Source: Takakia lepidozioides (taxonomy: Eukaryota; Plantae; Bryophyta). Taken from it: a DNA stretch of 64,000 nucleotides. The position numbers were made by a program, and so were the translations under genes. Shown piece by piece: positions 38,190 to 51,063 of this stretch (position 1 is its first letter; each line of letters starts with the position of its first letter). Location of the stretch: assembly GCA_030704615.1 (NCBI GenBank), contig CM060732.1, positions 79,174,001 through 79,238,000 of the forward strand, given 5' to 3'. Under the pieces are notes generated by a model. The model was not told the origin of the DNA and did no database searches. It saw nothing but the letters and a program-made list of their open reading frames with translations.

Positions 38190-38690
38190 TAGCATGAAAC
38201 ATTCAGAAGAGGTACTAGGGTAGTACAATAAGGTTGGGGGTGTAACTAGAGAGAAGTGTAATAGTAAGGGTAAGGATTTAGGGTTTGGATTTAGGGTACA
38301 AAAAGACAAACAAATAGGATGGACTCACACTCGGTAGAATTAAGAAATGGTCGAGGAATTTGATATCCCTGTAATCATTCTATCATACCTTATCCAACAA
38401 AAGAAAATATTAAAAGAGCATGAAACATTCAGAAGAGGTAACATGGTAGTACAATAAGGTTTGGAGTGTAACTAGGGTAGTATACTAAAGTTATTGGTTT
38501 ATGGTAAGATTAATGATTTAGGGGTGATGGTAAAGGTAGGGTTTTTGGTTTGGGTTTAAGAAACACTTTTGGACAAACAAATATGGAAGACTCGCAGTCG
38601 CTAGAACTTGGTGTGTGTTAGTAGGATAAAAAATAAAAAATAAAAAATGGAGAAACAAATATTATGGAAAAGTCATTGGGCCGGAGAAGT
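38190..38690. repeat. Degenerate ~230-bp tandem repeat, continuing at 63184-63530 after the Gypsy insertion
   Basis: AGCATGAAACATTCAGAAGAGGTA at ~38191 and ~38417. The joined flanks (AGTCATTGGGCCGGAGAAGT|AATTAG...GGAACTTGGTATTAAGATACA) match an uninterrupted unit at 63461-63525. Confidence 0.65.
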
Positions 38691-39213
38691 TGTCGTGCGC
38701 ATACATATCGCTACACAACTACATCGTTGTCCAAACCACACCACACATATATGCACAATAAAGTAGTCTGCCACAATGATAAGAAAGAACTAAACTCAAA
38801 TAACAAGAGAAACACAAAACCAACACCATCACTCTTTAAAATAGAAGTCGAGCCAAGGGCACCCCAAGCTATGGGGACTCCACCCCACAACAACCTATCC
38901 TCCCATCATAAGCACACTCATCTTCTAAACGATGAAGGAGCTCGGTCGCGTAGGCTCAACTCGAGAGAGATGAGCTGCGCGACTGCCGCTCTCGTGAAGA
39001 TAAGACGGTTCAGGTGTCAAACTAAACTTGACACCTGATTTAACACTTGACCTAAATCCAAGTGTTAAATACAAATAACTAGCTTTATTCTAGTTGTTTT
39101 CACACTGTGCTTATTTAACTTGACAGCTGTCGTGCGCATACATATCGCTACACAACTACATCGCTGTCCAAACCACACCACACATATATGCACAATAAAG
39201 TAGTCTGCCACAA
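38691..39213 (-). repeat. Split terminal repeat block B-A-gc-B (copy 2)
   Basis: 86-bp B twice around a 349-bp A; the internal junction GACAGCTGTC is a perfect palindrome (39122-39131). Confidence 0.93.
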
Positions 39214-41499
39214 TCGCCCCCCTAGCTAGTGGATAGGTCCCTCTACCTCCAGATAGCTACAAGATGTAATAGCCACAGCCGTACTAAGTCCTCTATCACT
39301 GTCCCTATTGCACTCAAACCCTATAGACCAAGAGGCCGGGTACAAGAGTAGCCCCATCCTTAGTCGTCGTCTTGCAATCTGTGAACTTGAGCCAAGACCT
39401 CGTGTGTTCAAGGTCTCCTAGTAGCTGGGCCTTGCGTTTCTTGTTAGCCTTCCATGGTTGTATCCACTCCCACTATCCAATGCAATGTGGACATAACCAA
39501 TCCCCATCCGGAACCATCTCAAGAGGTGGAGTCAAGCATCCCATATGCCAACCTCTAGAGCATCGATCACACACCAGCATGGTGGCTGCCCCTCTAGCAG
39601 ACCCACACAACATGCACCTCAAACCTGCAGATACCACTGCCAAGTTTGGGTCTATCCTGCCATCGACATTCGGAAGGTGACATGGCGCACAATTACGCAC
39701 ATGGTCCTTCCAAGTTATGCCATCCCGACCCTCCAAGACCAAGACGCCTGAAGGCAAGACCTCTCGAACCCTCAAAATAACACGTCCTGCAGTCACATCC
39801 AAGGTCGTAGGAGCAGTCTGCTGCAGATAGACGTAGTCACCAGGGTTGAATCTCCGAACCCCAGGACGATAGCCCCCACCACGTATGGTAGCATACCTCA
39901 ACGTATCACGGTGTTGTGCAATGGCAAGGTTCTCAAAGCCTTGGCATGACTTTCTTGAACAACTCTGCACGCTGCTCACATGCACTGCCCACACATCCGG
40001 ATCGTCAAGGTTAAGAACTGTAGCAGCTTCTCTGCGAATGGATTTAGGTAAATCCGGCTCTCGGCCAAAGAGAAGAAAGTATGGTGAGAAGGAGGCAAGT
40101 GATGCTTGCTTGCTGAACTTGTAGCCCATGGCTAACCAGGGTAACTGAAGGTCCCAATCTCCTAGGTGTCCCTTCTGCAAGCCATACTTGCGCAACCCCT
40201 CTTTACTGTCTGAACAACTCTCTCTGCCAAGCCATCGGCTTCAGGATGATCCCGAGAAGTGGTGCGGTGGTCTATCAGGCCTTGTCACACAAAGCCTGAA
40301 ACTCCCCCAAGAACTCTCTCCTTGGTCCGTGAGTACCTCAGCTGGAGCACCGAATCGGGCTAAGCACACAATCCAAGAATGCATACGCAGCTCCCTCACT
40401 AGCCTTATCAGGCAATGGAACCGATTCAATCCACTTGGAGAAGTGCTCCACCATCACCAACACGTACTTGTTGTGGCGCATGGTCAGTGGCAACGGCCCT
40501 GCGAAGTCAAGACTCCACCTGTAGCCCAATCCCATGATCGGAAGAGGGTGCAATTGTGGAGTAGGGGCGTTGAATGAAGCACGCACCCTGTCACACCATG
40601 CACCTAGCCACAAATTGTTGCACCTCTGTGTGCATACCACGCCACCAATACTGCCCTTGCAGTAGACTATGAGTACGTCGCACCCCAAAATGCCCCAACT
40701 CCTCATGGGCATGCCGCACTAACCGTGCCCGCTGTGTTGGGTGAGGCACAATCCTCACTCAACCATCCTCCCACACTCGGAGCAGGTGTGTCCCCTCCCA
40801 CTTGAACCTCTTGGTTTGTTGTAGGATCCGATCCCTCTCCTTGGCAGTCACAGTGGCTGCAGTGTCTCCAGTGCGGAGGTAGTCCAACACAACTGAATCC
40901 TCATGTATATCTTTGGCACCACCTTGCTCATTGCTGGCCTCAGGGTCCTCAGATACTTGATCTACAGTCATCCCTGTTGCAGGTCCAACCTGGCCTTCCG
41001 CTGCCAAGATACACAGAAATGCAGATGCATGCCATCGGGGGCTGCTATTTCATGAGCCATGAGCCATGAGCGGCATGAGCCATGAGCAGAGTCGTAAGTG
41101 TGGAAAAAAACATGAGCAGCACTATTTTCCGGAAATGAGTGTCCGCGGGAATAGGGTTTAGGGTGCCACGGTCATAGGGGGAGAAGGACCTCCCGATGAA
41201 GGAGGTTCGGCAATGTTATTTAGAATTATATATTGAAAGGCAATGTTTCGCGAATGGTAGGGTGGTACTGCTCTGTACAATGGGGGCCCATTTCAGCCTA
41301 CCAGCCATTTGCAAAATTCACCCACACTCCCAATCCCAAACGAAATGAGCAATGACGCATTCTCGGAACGATGGACACAGAATAGAATAAAAAGAGGGCA
41401 CAATGAGGTTTTTATTGATCCACATGAATTGCATTTGAAGCACGTCTACTGTGCTGATTGTGCCCTCAAATCTTGAGCCCTGTGCCTACTGAATACAAG

Positions 41500-42596
41500 T
41501 CACGTTGTCAATGGGACTTCGACTGCTCTCAGAACTAGCTCATGAGTCATGGGGCTCCTCCATGTAAAGTCGATTGCAGCCGTTGTACCGCCCCTAGTGA
41601 TGTTCACCACAATGTCCTGCCCTTCAATCATACCACCATCGAATATGGAAATCTTCACGTTTTCGTCGTCCACACCAATGCGAATGTCCCCATACAATGG
41701 AGAAGAGGAGCGCACTCCTCGAGGAGAATAGGTCTCTCCGATGGAGTCCACCCACGTCCAGTGGCAGCAGTTCCACCGCAACAGCATAGCAGTGCGCCTT
41801 CTTCTGCATGGGTGACCGTCGTAGCTGGGAAAATCGGAATCGAGGATGCGCAGGAGCCACGGACTCCTCAGACCAAGATCGTCACCCCGCTCGAAGGCGT
41901 AGTGGCCTACGATATACTCAAAAGCCACCAATGTTTCCACAATCGAACCAGTATCTTCTGTGTAATCTGTGTACCAGATAACAATGTCTCCCGATGTGGC
42001 CGAATACATTGCATAATCGATGCCTCCAAAGGGGCAGTCGTCCCGGTTCCGGAAGCACGGCATCCTTGCAAAGGAGGACCTGAGGACGACTTGGATGCCG
42101 ATGACCTTGCGGACAGCTACGAAGCCCTTAGATTTTGGAAATGATACGAAGCGGAAGAGCAGTCCGGCCTCCAAAATGGAGCATCTGGGTCACACGTACC
42201 CACCGACGGAGGTGGAACGTGTTCATCACGCCAGCGGTGATGAAGCCATACATCTTTCTCATCAACAAGTTATAGTTTGAGATCTGCCACCGAAGTCCAT
42301 CCCCCCGGATGGAAATTCGGCGCCGCATTTACATCGAAGAGGGGATGGACTTCGTCGTGTCCAGTGGCTATCGGCCCACCTGGCAGTGACTGCCCATAGT
42401 TTGCATGGCAGGGTAGGAAACTCAAACGGCTACATTCATGCAGCAGCCAATCTTCATCGGTCCAGGATCCTGTATGGGGGAAATTTAAATGTGCCCTGGA
42501 GTGTGCCCTGGAATGTACCTCACTTCTGTATGACTGTGTTTCATTGTGTTGAATAACTCTCGGATTTGGCCCACTGTTTACAATTTGATGTCTCAT
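41500..42596 (-). CDS. Uncharacterised cargo gene of the MULE (probably spliced or frameshifted)
   Basis: Consecutive minus-strand ORFs 42270-42596, 42128-42328 and 41500-42174 with globular-protein-like composition; no motif recognised. Confidence 0.4.
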
Positions 42597-42688
42597 TTCT
42601 ACAATTTGTCTGTTTGGTTGAATAAAGCAGAGTAACCGGTATGTGAGTCATGTGTCAAGAATATACCAGAGTAACGCCATGTCGGCTT

Positions 42689-43410
42689 GGAAATGCGGCG
42701 CCGCATTTCCATGTCGGACATCGAAATGCGGCACCGCATTTCCATGTGGGACAAGAAAATGCGGTGGATCATTTCCGTCCAGGTACACGAAATACCAACT
42801 CGGGTCTATAAATTGATCAGAAAACGAGGTTGGCATTGCAAATGCGGCGACGCATTTCCAGATTGGCAATGGAAACTTCTTTTTGGACAAGGGAATGCGG
42901 TGCCGCATTTCCGTCCAACACTTCGAAAAGTGCACCTATTTCCGACCAGCGCGATGGAATGCGTTACCGCATTTCCGAGAGAGGGTCTGCAAATTGACAA
43001 ATTGCGATGTCCGTTCTGGAAATGCGGCGCCGCATTTCCATGTCCGTCATCGACTTTTTTTTTACAATGGAATGCGGTGCCAGTTTTTGCTGATGGGTCT
43101 GCAGTTCGAACAACCACCATCCCCAATATGGAAATGCGGCACCGCATTTCCAATCCCGCCATGTCGGCCTCCTTGTTCGACCTCCTTGTTCGACCTCTGT
43201 AAGGTGGTGGCATCCATGCAATGAGCGGGAGAGGCCAAAACTGGCGTGTGGACAAAGGAAATTTTGGAAATGCGGCACCGCATTCCCAATTCAGATTACT
43301 TTTTACTATGCCAACATTGAAATGGATCAAATTAGTCCCTCCCCTGTTTTGGAAATGCGTGCCGCATTTCCAAAAGAGGTTCTTAGAGTTGCCAAAATTT
43401 TGGAAATGCC
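42689..43410. repeat. Cluster of ~12 copies of the palindrome GGAAATGCGGYRCCGCATTTCC
   Basis: Copies at ~42689, 42723, 42840, 42892, 42956, 43018, 43130, 43266, 43351 and others. Confidence 0.9.
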
Positions 43411-44139
43411 CTGACCCATTTCTGATTTTGGGAGCGTCCTGGTTTGGGCGATTGTGTGGCTGGAATGCACACTGGAGAGGGGTCACGAATGTCGGGCAGA
43501 ATTTCTTTATAATACTCTGGAAGAGAATTTACATTTACAGAGACTTCATTAAAATTCTATTAATCTTGAAATCATCGGAATCATCATCCTGTTCTAGACT
43601 GTCCTGCTCCTTCCTCCACCCCCTCAGTGCCTCTCTCATCTCCAGCGGACTGCTCGTTGGCCAGGCTTTCGAAATCCATCTTCCCCTTGACGGAACTGTC
43701 ACTCTCACCTCCGTTGGTCGTCTCTCCCTGTCTGCGCCGCCTCATCCGCTGAATCACATATTGTACTTTCGTACTCGTCTACCTGTCTGTGCTGCTGCCC
43801 AACTCTTTCCTTATCCTTCTGTCCTCCCCTAGCCTCTCAAAATCTGCTCTACTTTACTAGGATTCTCACTTCTTTAATCGCTGTATTTGCGAAGTTTTAG
43901 CTGAACAATAAGTAAGAGGTTCTGGAGTAAGAAACTGCACCGGGCTGAGATCCATTAAGTCGGCCCTCGGCAAAGACCGGGACATTCTTCCTGGCAGGAA
44001 GTGTAGGCCCTACATGTTTCGACCCGGACCCTGCAATCCTGCACATGACAATCATCAACGAGACTAATGAGAACCACAGTCGGGAAATTCGTTTGACATA
44101 AATGACCCAGAAGGCTTTGCAAACTTACAATGTTTGCAC

Positions 44140-47100
44140 TCACTCGTATTCCGGGTTCTCCTCTGCATCAATGTCCACTGTGTCTTCCTCGGACTCCGAC
44201 GAATCCGAGGAGACTTCCGCTCTGTCGGGAGCCTTCACATTCCGTTGCAGCCCCTCCAGATGGGATCCCCACACGGATGAATCCTCCTCGTAGGCAAAGA
44301 GGTGCCGGTCGGAAAACCGCCCAGCCCACATTGAGGCACCTGTTACAATGCCATCCACACATTACCACATGGCGCTTCAGATGTTGCGAACTACATCCTA
44401 ACGAGAATTTGCAGAACAGCAGAGATCAAGATTCTGCATACCTGTCCCACAGATGAGGTCGAGCACTGTGCCCTCCACGTCTGTGCATGTCTCCATAATT
44501 GTCTGAATGAAGGCAGGGCTCCGAGTCCGTGAGTACCGCAGGGGTTCCGTTGAAGTGAGGCTATGAGGGAGAAGTTCCTTGGGAACGTTGTTGAACAGAA
44601 CGTCGTAATCGAGTGGGTCGCAGTTCGGGTCAACCTTTCCTCCCTCCTTCCGGAAAGCAAAGGTGGAGTTCTCCTTCACAAAGCAGTATGCATCGAACTG
44701 CTTCGTCTGCATACACAGGGGGAAAACGATTAGAAACCGAATGCGGCACCGCATTTGAAACACCCAAGCAAATGAATGGACGAGTGCCAGTGTCGTAATC
44801 ACCTTCTTCCCTTCCGACCGAAGGCCCAGTGTGTTGATGCACGTCCACTTCTTTTTCAGAATCGGGACGGCGCTCTTGCGGGTCCACTTCGCAATTCCTG
44901 TCTGAGTGTTTTTTCCTCTGCTCGCCAGGACAACCACACAGCCTCTGTCGTCCAACACCATGCGGGCAAGCCCGAATCCTTTCTTCCAAAAGTCCTCCGA
45001 GTACCTGTTCCAAGATGGCAAAGCTTGCAGTCCTTCCACAGGCTCTCCGTCCGGAATATCCAAGATGATCATATCGCAAGACCACTCGGTGGCATTTCCG
45101 CCCCTCCTACAATCCTTGTCTGCACACACCCTCTCAAAGAACGAGACCATATTCTGAAATCCTGGGGTGTCGGAAGGCTCTTCGGCAGTCGCCTTCTTCA
45201 GTGCTCTGCCCTTCAGACCCTCCATGGTCTTCATGTATGCCAACTTGGCTGCCCGTCCATCCAAAGCCGCCAAGAAACTCTCATTTACACACTGGACTAC
45301 AGTTTCGGGAGCCACTTTCGGCCTCTTCATTTCCACCGGCTCGAAAGGGTGCCCCCCTGGGGGGTTGAAGAGTGCCTTCTTTGCCGAGCCAGTTCTCGTG
45401 CCTCTCGTGACAACGGTGGGCACAGGGGAGGCAGCCTGCGTTTGGGGGGTGGGCTGGTTGCAAAGTCTCCATCGGAGTCCTCTTCCTCACCCTCTTCCTG
45501 AACAGGCTTCTGCTTCTTCGTTTTGGCGGGTGTCACAACAGCTGCTCCTTGCTGGCGAGTCCTTCTTCGACCCCTTCTGTTGGGGCTGCACAGCTGCATC
45601 CACCGTCTTTTGTGCCATCTCAGCTGCCTTTCTGGATTCTTCCAGAGCAGCAGATTCCTTTGCCGACTTTGGCCCAGCAGGGACACGTCTTTCCTTTCTC
45701 TTCTCTTCTGCCAAGGCGTGCAGATCTTTCTCAGACTCGTCAACAATACCGCCAGACATGTCCAGGTACCACGGGCATCCAACGAGATGCGCGGGATGCC
45801 ATTGTTTCTGCATCTCGGGTGTGTAGACACAGCTTGGGCCCGCCACGGTCCAAGCCATGAAGAACGGGGGCTCTTGAGCCAGGGCCCCTGTCTGAAGGAG
45901 CACGTATTTCATATACCTGCAAGGCAGTCAGCATGCGTGAGCAAAAGTTGAGACCAACCTACTGGCAGAGTGCCACCGAAAAACATAAAATGCGAATGCG
46001 GTGCCGCATTTCCGAGACAAACCTCGTAACCAGGCTTCGCATACAAGGGCAGCTGTGCTTCACCTGTAAACAATTCGCATTGCAGCTTTCCCCGCTCCCT
46101 CCTGATGTGTAAACTCCACGCTCCTTCTTGCTGTCTGTAGCTCTCTGGCGAAAAGGTTGTCCTTGTACGCACATCTGAAACGTGTCACGTAGTCTTCCAA
46201 TGTCTGTGTTCCATCCCATTTGACGTACAAGCCGAACGAATTTTGTGCATTACGACTTGCTCCTTCGCATTCGACATTACCTGCGATTCCCAAATGCATT
46301 GTCACGTAGCAGTTCAGGGAATTCATGTCAGAAAAGCAAATCTGGGGAAGTACCTTGAATTACCTGGAACCACCAAGTCATACGGTTGAGCCACACATCC
46401 ACTGCAGGGTCGGAAACTTCCAGTGGAAAAGACCACATTGTCCTTATGCTCTCGGATGCATTCCAGATCGACAGCCACCGTGTCTGCCATTTCCGATCCA
46501 ATGTCAGGGCTGGAAGAGAGTGGCTATTGCTAGGAAGGAACTTCAGTGCATTGAAACCTCACCTTCTCTTTCGCCTCCACACATGCCGTTGAGAGGTGAT
46601 GCAGTTTCTCCAATTGCATGGTCGGCTGCATGGCCCGAGAATAGTGTTTTGCAATCTCGGGGATGAAGTCCTTTCCAAGTGCCGGATCTGCAATTGCCAC
46701 CAGCTTCACAAGCTTTGACTTGTATTTGGTTCTGGACTTGACACCGGCTTCCTTCAAGTGCTCAGTCAATGACTGCAACGTTTTGACCTGCCCCTCACTT
46801 TCCATGAAGAAGCGTTTGGCATGGGCCAAATCCAGCTTGATGTTTGACTGCCAACAAAAACATGCAGAAGCGTTACATTCGATTCATGTGGAAAACATTA
46901 CTGGAAAATTGGGGAAGGATGAGCAGAGGGAAATTGGAGGACGACTTACTTCGTATATCACCTCCACCATTCCATCCATAGTGAGACGATACCATGTCCG
47001 GTCTGTTTTTGCAACGGCTTTCTGAATGAGCTCGGGCTCCAGCATTTCCGCAAACATCTGCGGATCAGTGAGACCAGTTTTCCTCACCCTGTACAGCATA

Positions 47101-48450
47101 TGTGCCATGTGGGTATGCACGTACGCATTCTCAGTGACCCTGCAAGGCACACTCTCCAGTTCAGTACACGGAAGCACGGAAACAAACCAGAATGGAAACC
47201 GAAATGCGGCACCGCATTTCGAACGTGCTAGGGGGGTATGAGTATCTTACGAGTTGAGGTCCGCCATGGCATTCTTGAGCAGGGAGGAGTCTGCCGCCTT
47301 CACCTTGAGGATGACACACTCCACCATGTAATGCCAGCCAATGTGCTTGGCATGGTTCTGCTTGATGTACTCCCACCAGGCGAGAAGTCGGTGATTCCCG
47401 TCCACACAAAGAACATTTTTACCCGACATATGGCCGAAGTCGGGATCACCCTTCAGCGTCGCCTCGAATTCGTGGTTGCGAGTGTGCCAGTGGGTATCCC
47501 ACGTTGACAATTCATCGGCAGTGGGTCCACGAGTTTCGCCGTCCTCATTCTCAATGGAAACGTAAAACGCTGCCGATCCCAGACGGTACCCTTCTCGAAA
47601 TGCGAACTTGAGCTTATCCACATCTCCGGGAAGGGCCTGCCTGACGATGGGAAGGGAGACCATGCGACAGAGTGGGATTCGAAGAGTCCGCTGGAATACC
47701 CTGCTGCCCAGAACTCTGCCAATGCTACTGTGTGTCTCCTCCAACATTTATCCGCTGCACTTTTGAAATCCTCCGGAGACATGTCTGTAGGTGCCGGTAG
47801 TGGCTGAGCAGCTGGAGCATCCTCAACTGGAGCTGCACTCTGGGGCCTGTGTGCGGGCAATTCTGCCATTGCAGAGGCCTCCTCCGGGCCTGCTTGCTCA
47901 TCGGTGGTGAGGTCTGCTGCGAACGTTCAGCGGCAGCACCCTCCTCCGGTACCAAATCGAGATCAACGGTCGATCCCATTGCCTTCGCTGCAGCAGAGTC
48001 GGCCCCAAACATCTGCAGGCGGGAAATCCTCCAGGAACTGAGCTTCAGCTCGTGGAAGCGGTTTTGCGGGAGATTGTTCGGCCGTCGCCCTGATTGCCTT
48101 CTGCTTCCTCATCCTTGCAGGTGAAGGTGTCTGCTGCAATTGAATCTGTCTTCTACCCTGCTGCTTCATTCGCGTTGGGGGGGGTGAATCGGCCTGAGCC
48201 GGTTCAGAAGCCAGTAGAGGGACGGGCTGCTTCTTCTTCGACTTTGCTGGAGAAGGGCCCGACCCTGCTGGCGATTCTCCATGATCGAAGAACGCGAGTC
48301 GATCTCTGGGACTTTGAACTTGCCCTTCGAAGACGCGTCTTTGAATCGCAGAGGGCTAGGCCCGGCAGGAATACCCGCGCTCGGGGATCGGGTGGGTGTA
48401 CGTGCTGCAGCTAGCTCCTCGGACTCTTCCTGCGGCTCTTCGGATTCCTG
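44140..48450 (-). CDS. Multi-exon gene: ParB-like domain plus C-terminal beta-class amino-DNA-methyltransferase-like domain (N4C/N6A fold)
   Basis: ParB-like RMVSLPIVRQ...VDGNHRLLAW (47247-47747). MTase motif IV-like CDMIILDIPDG (~45050-45080). After removing GT-AG introns 44707-44802 and 44340-44441 the C-terminus reads RSPAFIQTIMETCTDVEGTVLDLICGTG|ASMWAGRFSDRHLFAYEED (motifs X-I-II). The 5' boundary is approximate. Confidence 0.7.
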
Positions 48451-49112
48451 CGATCCCTCCAGCACGTCCACCTTTCCTGTTAGGGCATGCAAACATGTTC
48501 TGCATTCAAGTCTCCTAGCATTCAGTCTAAGAATTACAGAAGCAAAATGGGGGGTTCGGTGCTCGATCAGCTGCGCGCAGCCCGATCGCATGGAGCTCTC
48601 ACTGGTGGCTGGGTTGCTGAGTGGCCTGCTGCTCGGAGATGGCAATCTCCTCCTGTAGACGCATCTGCTTCCTCCCCTTCGGCATTGGCCTACGTCCGAA
48701 GTATAATTTCCGGAGCTTGCGACGAGGTCTCCTGTCTGGTGCACGAACTCCCCCCTCTCAGGTTCGAGCATAAGAAGAACAGAGAGAGGGAAAAGGGGCA
48801 AAGAGTGCAGATGGAAAGGGCGCGAGAGGGGTGACTGAGGAGACACGACAAAAGTAGATGAAACGGCGGTGATGCACCACTTGGGTTCGAAAGGTTGGAC
48901 GAAAGTGTCTCCTCGTGGAGTTTGCGTCATTACGAAATTCGAATCGTTGAGGGTACGCCTGCCGTCCGAAAAACAAACATCATTATCCAACGGTCAGGCC
49001 GCGCCGCCTCATGCCCCTTCAGTCAGATAGAGTGCCGACATGTGCAGCAATTCCGTTGCTCCACGTGTTCACATTTCAAGGCATTTCCGTCCCAGCGTCT
49101 GATGAGTTGGAG

Positions 49113-50650
49113 CGAAATGCGAATGCGGCGCCGCATTTCCGTTAAGTACATCACGCTACACATCCGTACTTGTTGGAAGAAAATGCGGCACCGCATTTCC
49201 GTTCCACCTTCACATACCTTAGTTGTTGAACGGAAATACGGTGCCGCATTTCCGTCCCACAGCTCCGGGAAATGCGGCGCCGCATTTCCGTTCCCACTTC
49301 ACATACGTTAGTTGATGAATGGAAATGCGTGCCACATTTCCGTTCGGGAAAGTATAGAGGTCTCACCTGGACAGAAATGCGGTGTCGCATTTCCGGTCTG
49401 GAAAGGTTGAAGGTCTCACATGGATGGAAATGCCACATTTCCGTAGCACAGCTCCAGGCCGAATATACAAAACGGAAATGCGGCGCCGCATTTCCGTTCG
49501 AGAATGTCGGAAGGTGCGACTCGAACGGAAATGCGGTGCCGCATTTCTGTCCCGTTGCGCACGATTTTCAGTCAGAATGGAAATGCGGTACCGCATTTCC
49601 GTTCTGTAGAGTATTAACGTCTGACGCTGGCGGAAATGCCCCGCATTTTCGTTCCACAGCTCCATGCCTCACATACAAAACGGAAATGCGGCGCCGCATT
49701 TCCGTTTTGGAATGTCGGAGGTGGACTCCGACGGAAATGCGGTACCGCATTTCAATTCCGATGTTTCAGGATATTTCATCAGAACGGAAATGCGGTGCCG
49801 CATTCCGTTCTGGAATGAGGTGCGACTCGGATGGAAATGCGCTGCCGCATTTCAGTTCCGATGGTTCACGATTTTCAGTCAGAACGGAAATGCGGTGCCG
49901 CATTTCCGTTCTGGAATGATGGTAGGTGCGACTCGGATGGAAATACGGTGCCGCATTTCAGTTCAGATGGTTCACGATTTTCAGTCAGAACGGAAATGCG
50001 GTGCCGCATTTCCGTTCTGGATAGTATGAATGTCTCAACCGGTCGGAATTGCGCTGTATGAAGCTGTCGGAATCTTACTCGGCTCCATGCATCAGATACA
50101 AAATGGAAATGCGGCGCCGCATTTCCTTTATGGAATGTCGAAAAGTGCGACTCGGACGGAAATGCGGTGCCGCATTTCTGTTCCCGTTGTTCATAATTCT
50201 CAATCAGAACGGAAATGCCCGCATTTCCGTTCCACCTTCACATACCGTGCTTGTTGAATGAAATGCGGTACCGCATTTCCGTTCTCGAGAGTATGAATGT
50301 CTTTAAGGACGGAAATGTGCTGCAGCATTTCTATCCCTCAGCTCCATGCATCAGATACAAAATGGAAATGCGGCGCCGCATTCCGTTCTGGAATGTCGAA
50401 AAGTGCGACTCGGACGGAAATGCGGTGCCGCATTTCTGTTCCCGTTGTTCATAATCTCAATCAGAACGGAAATGCGGTACCGCATTTCCGTTCCACCTTC
50501 ACATACCGTGCTTGCTGGATGGAAATGCGTTACCGCATTTCCGTTCTGGAGAGTATAAAGGTTTCCCCCGGACGGAAACTCGGTGCCGCATTTCCGTCGC
50601 TCTGGTGCATGACCAAGATGCAATACGGAAATGCGGCGCCGTATTTCCGT
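49113..50650. repeat. Array of ~30 palindromes GGAAATGCGGYRCCGCATTTCC with modal 52-53 bp period
   Basis: Starts at e.g. 49474, 49527, 49579, 49632; 49833, 49886, 49939, 49992; 50311, 50364, 50416, 50468, 50521, 50574, 50627. Spacers recur, giving a ~260-bp higher-order unit. Confidence 0.93.
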
Positions 50651-51063
50651 CCACCAGCAATCGAAAGAATCACTCGGGACGGGAAATCTGGAACCTCAAT
50701 GGGTTGCATTGTTCCGAAACAACACAATTGCGGCCAGTCTTGATGAGCACAACTTGGTTGTCTGACCGTTTTAACCAGCAGTCCTGGCACTTGTCAGTGC
50801 GAACGTTCCTGTCTGCACCGAGAATACTGCTGGATCCACCCTCAGGAGAAACTGTCAGGAGATGTTATTTCGTCGCCGAATCGGCCATCATTGTCTACTC
50901 ACTGGCTATGGAATCAAACCTCCCACCTTCATGCATGTAGCTTGAAACAATACTTTCACTTCAATGTGCGACTTCCAATCGTCGATGGACTCCGCAGATC
51001 CACTTAGATGGTGCCTGTGAGCCTTGGTCTGTCGCTATACTGAACCTCGCACTTGCCAACTCC

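Noticed and set aside
37670-38560. Interstitial telomeric array
   Set aside because: Only scattered TT(T)AGGG words (also ~41152 and ~63330), with no tandem array.
42648-43832. Numerous ORFs with EMRRRIS/KCGAAF/GNAAPHF repeats (also 48895-50940)
   Set aside because: They are translations of the palindromic repeat in all six frames, not proteins.
49113-50650. CRISPR-like look (palindromic repeats with ~31-bp spacers)
   Set aside because: Spacers recur as higher-order repeats, repeats are degenerate, there are no cas genes, and the context is a eukaryotic transposon.
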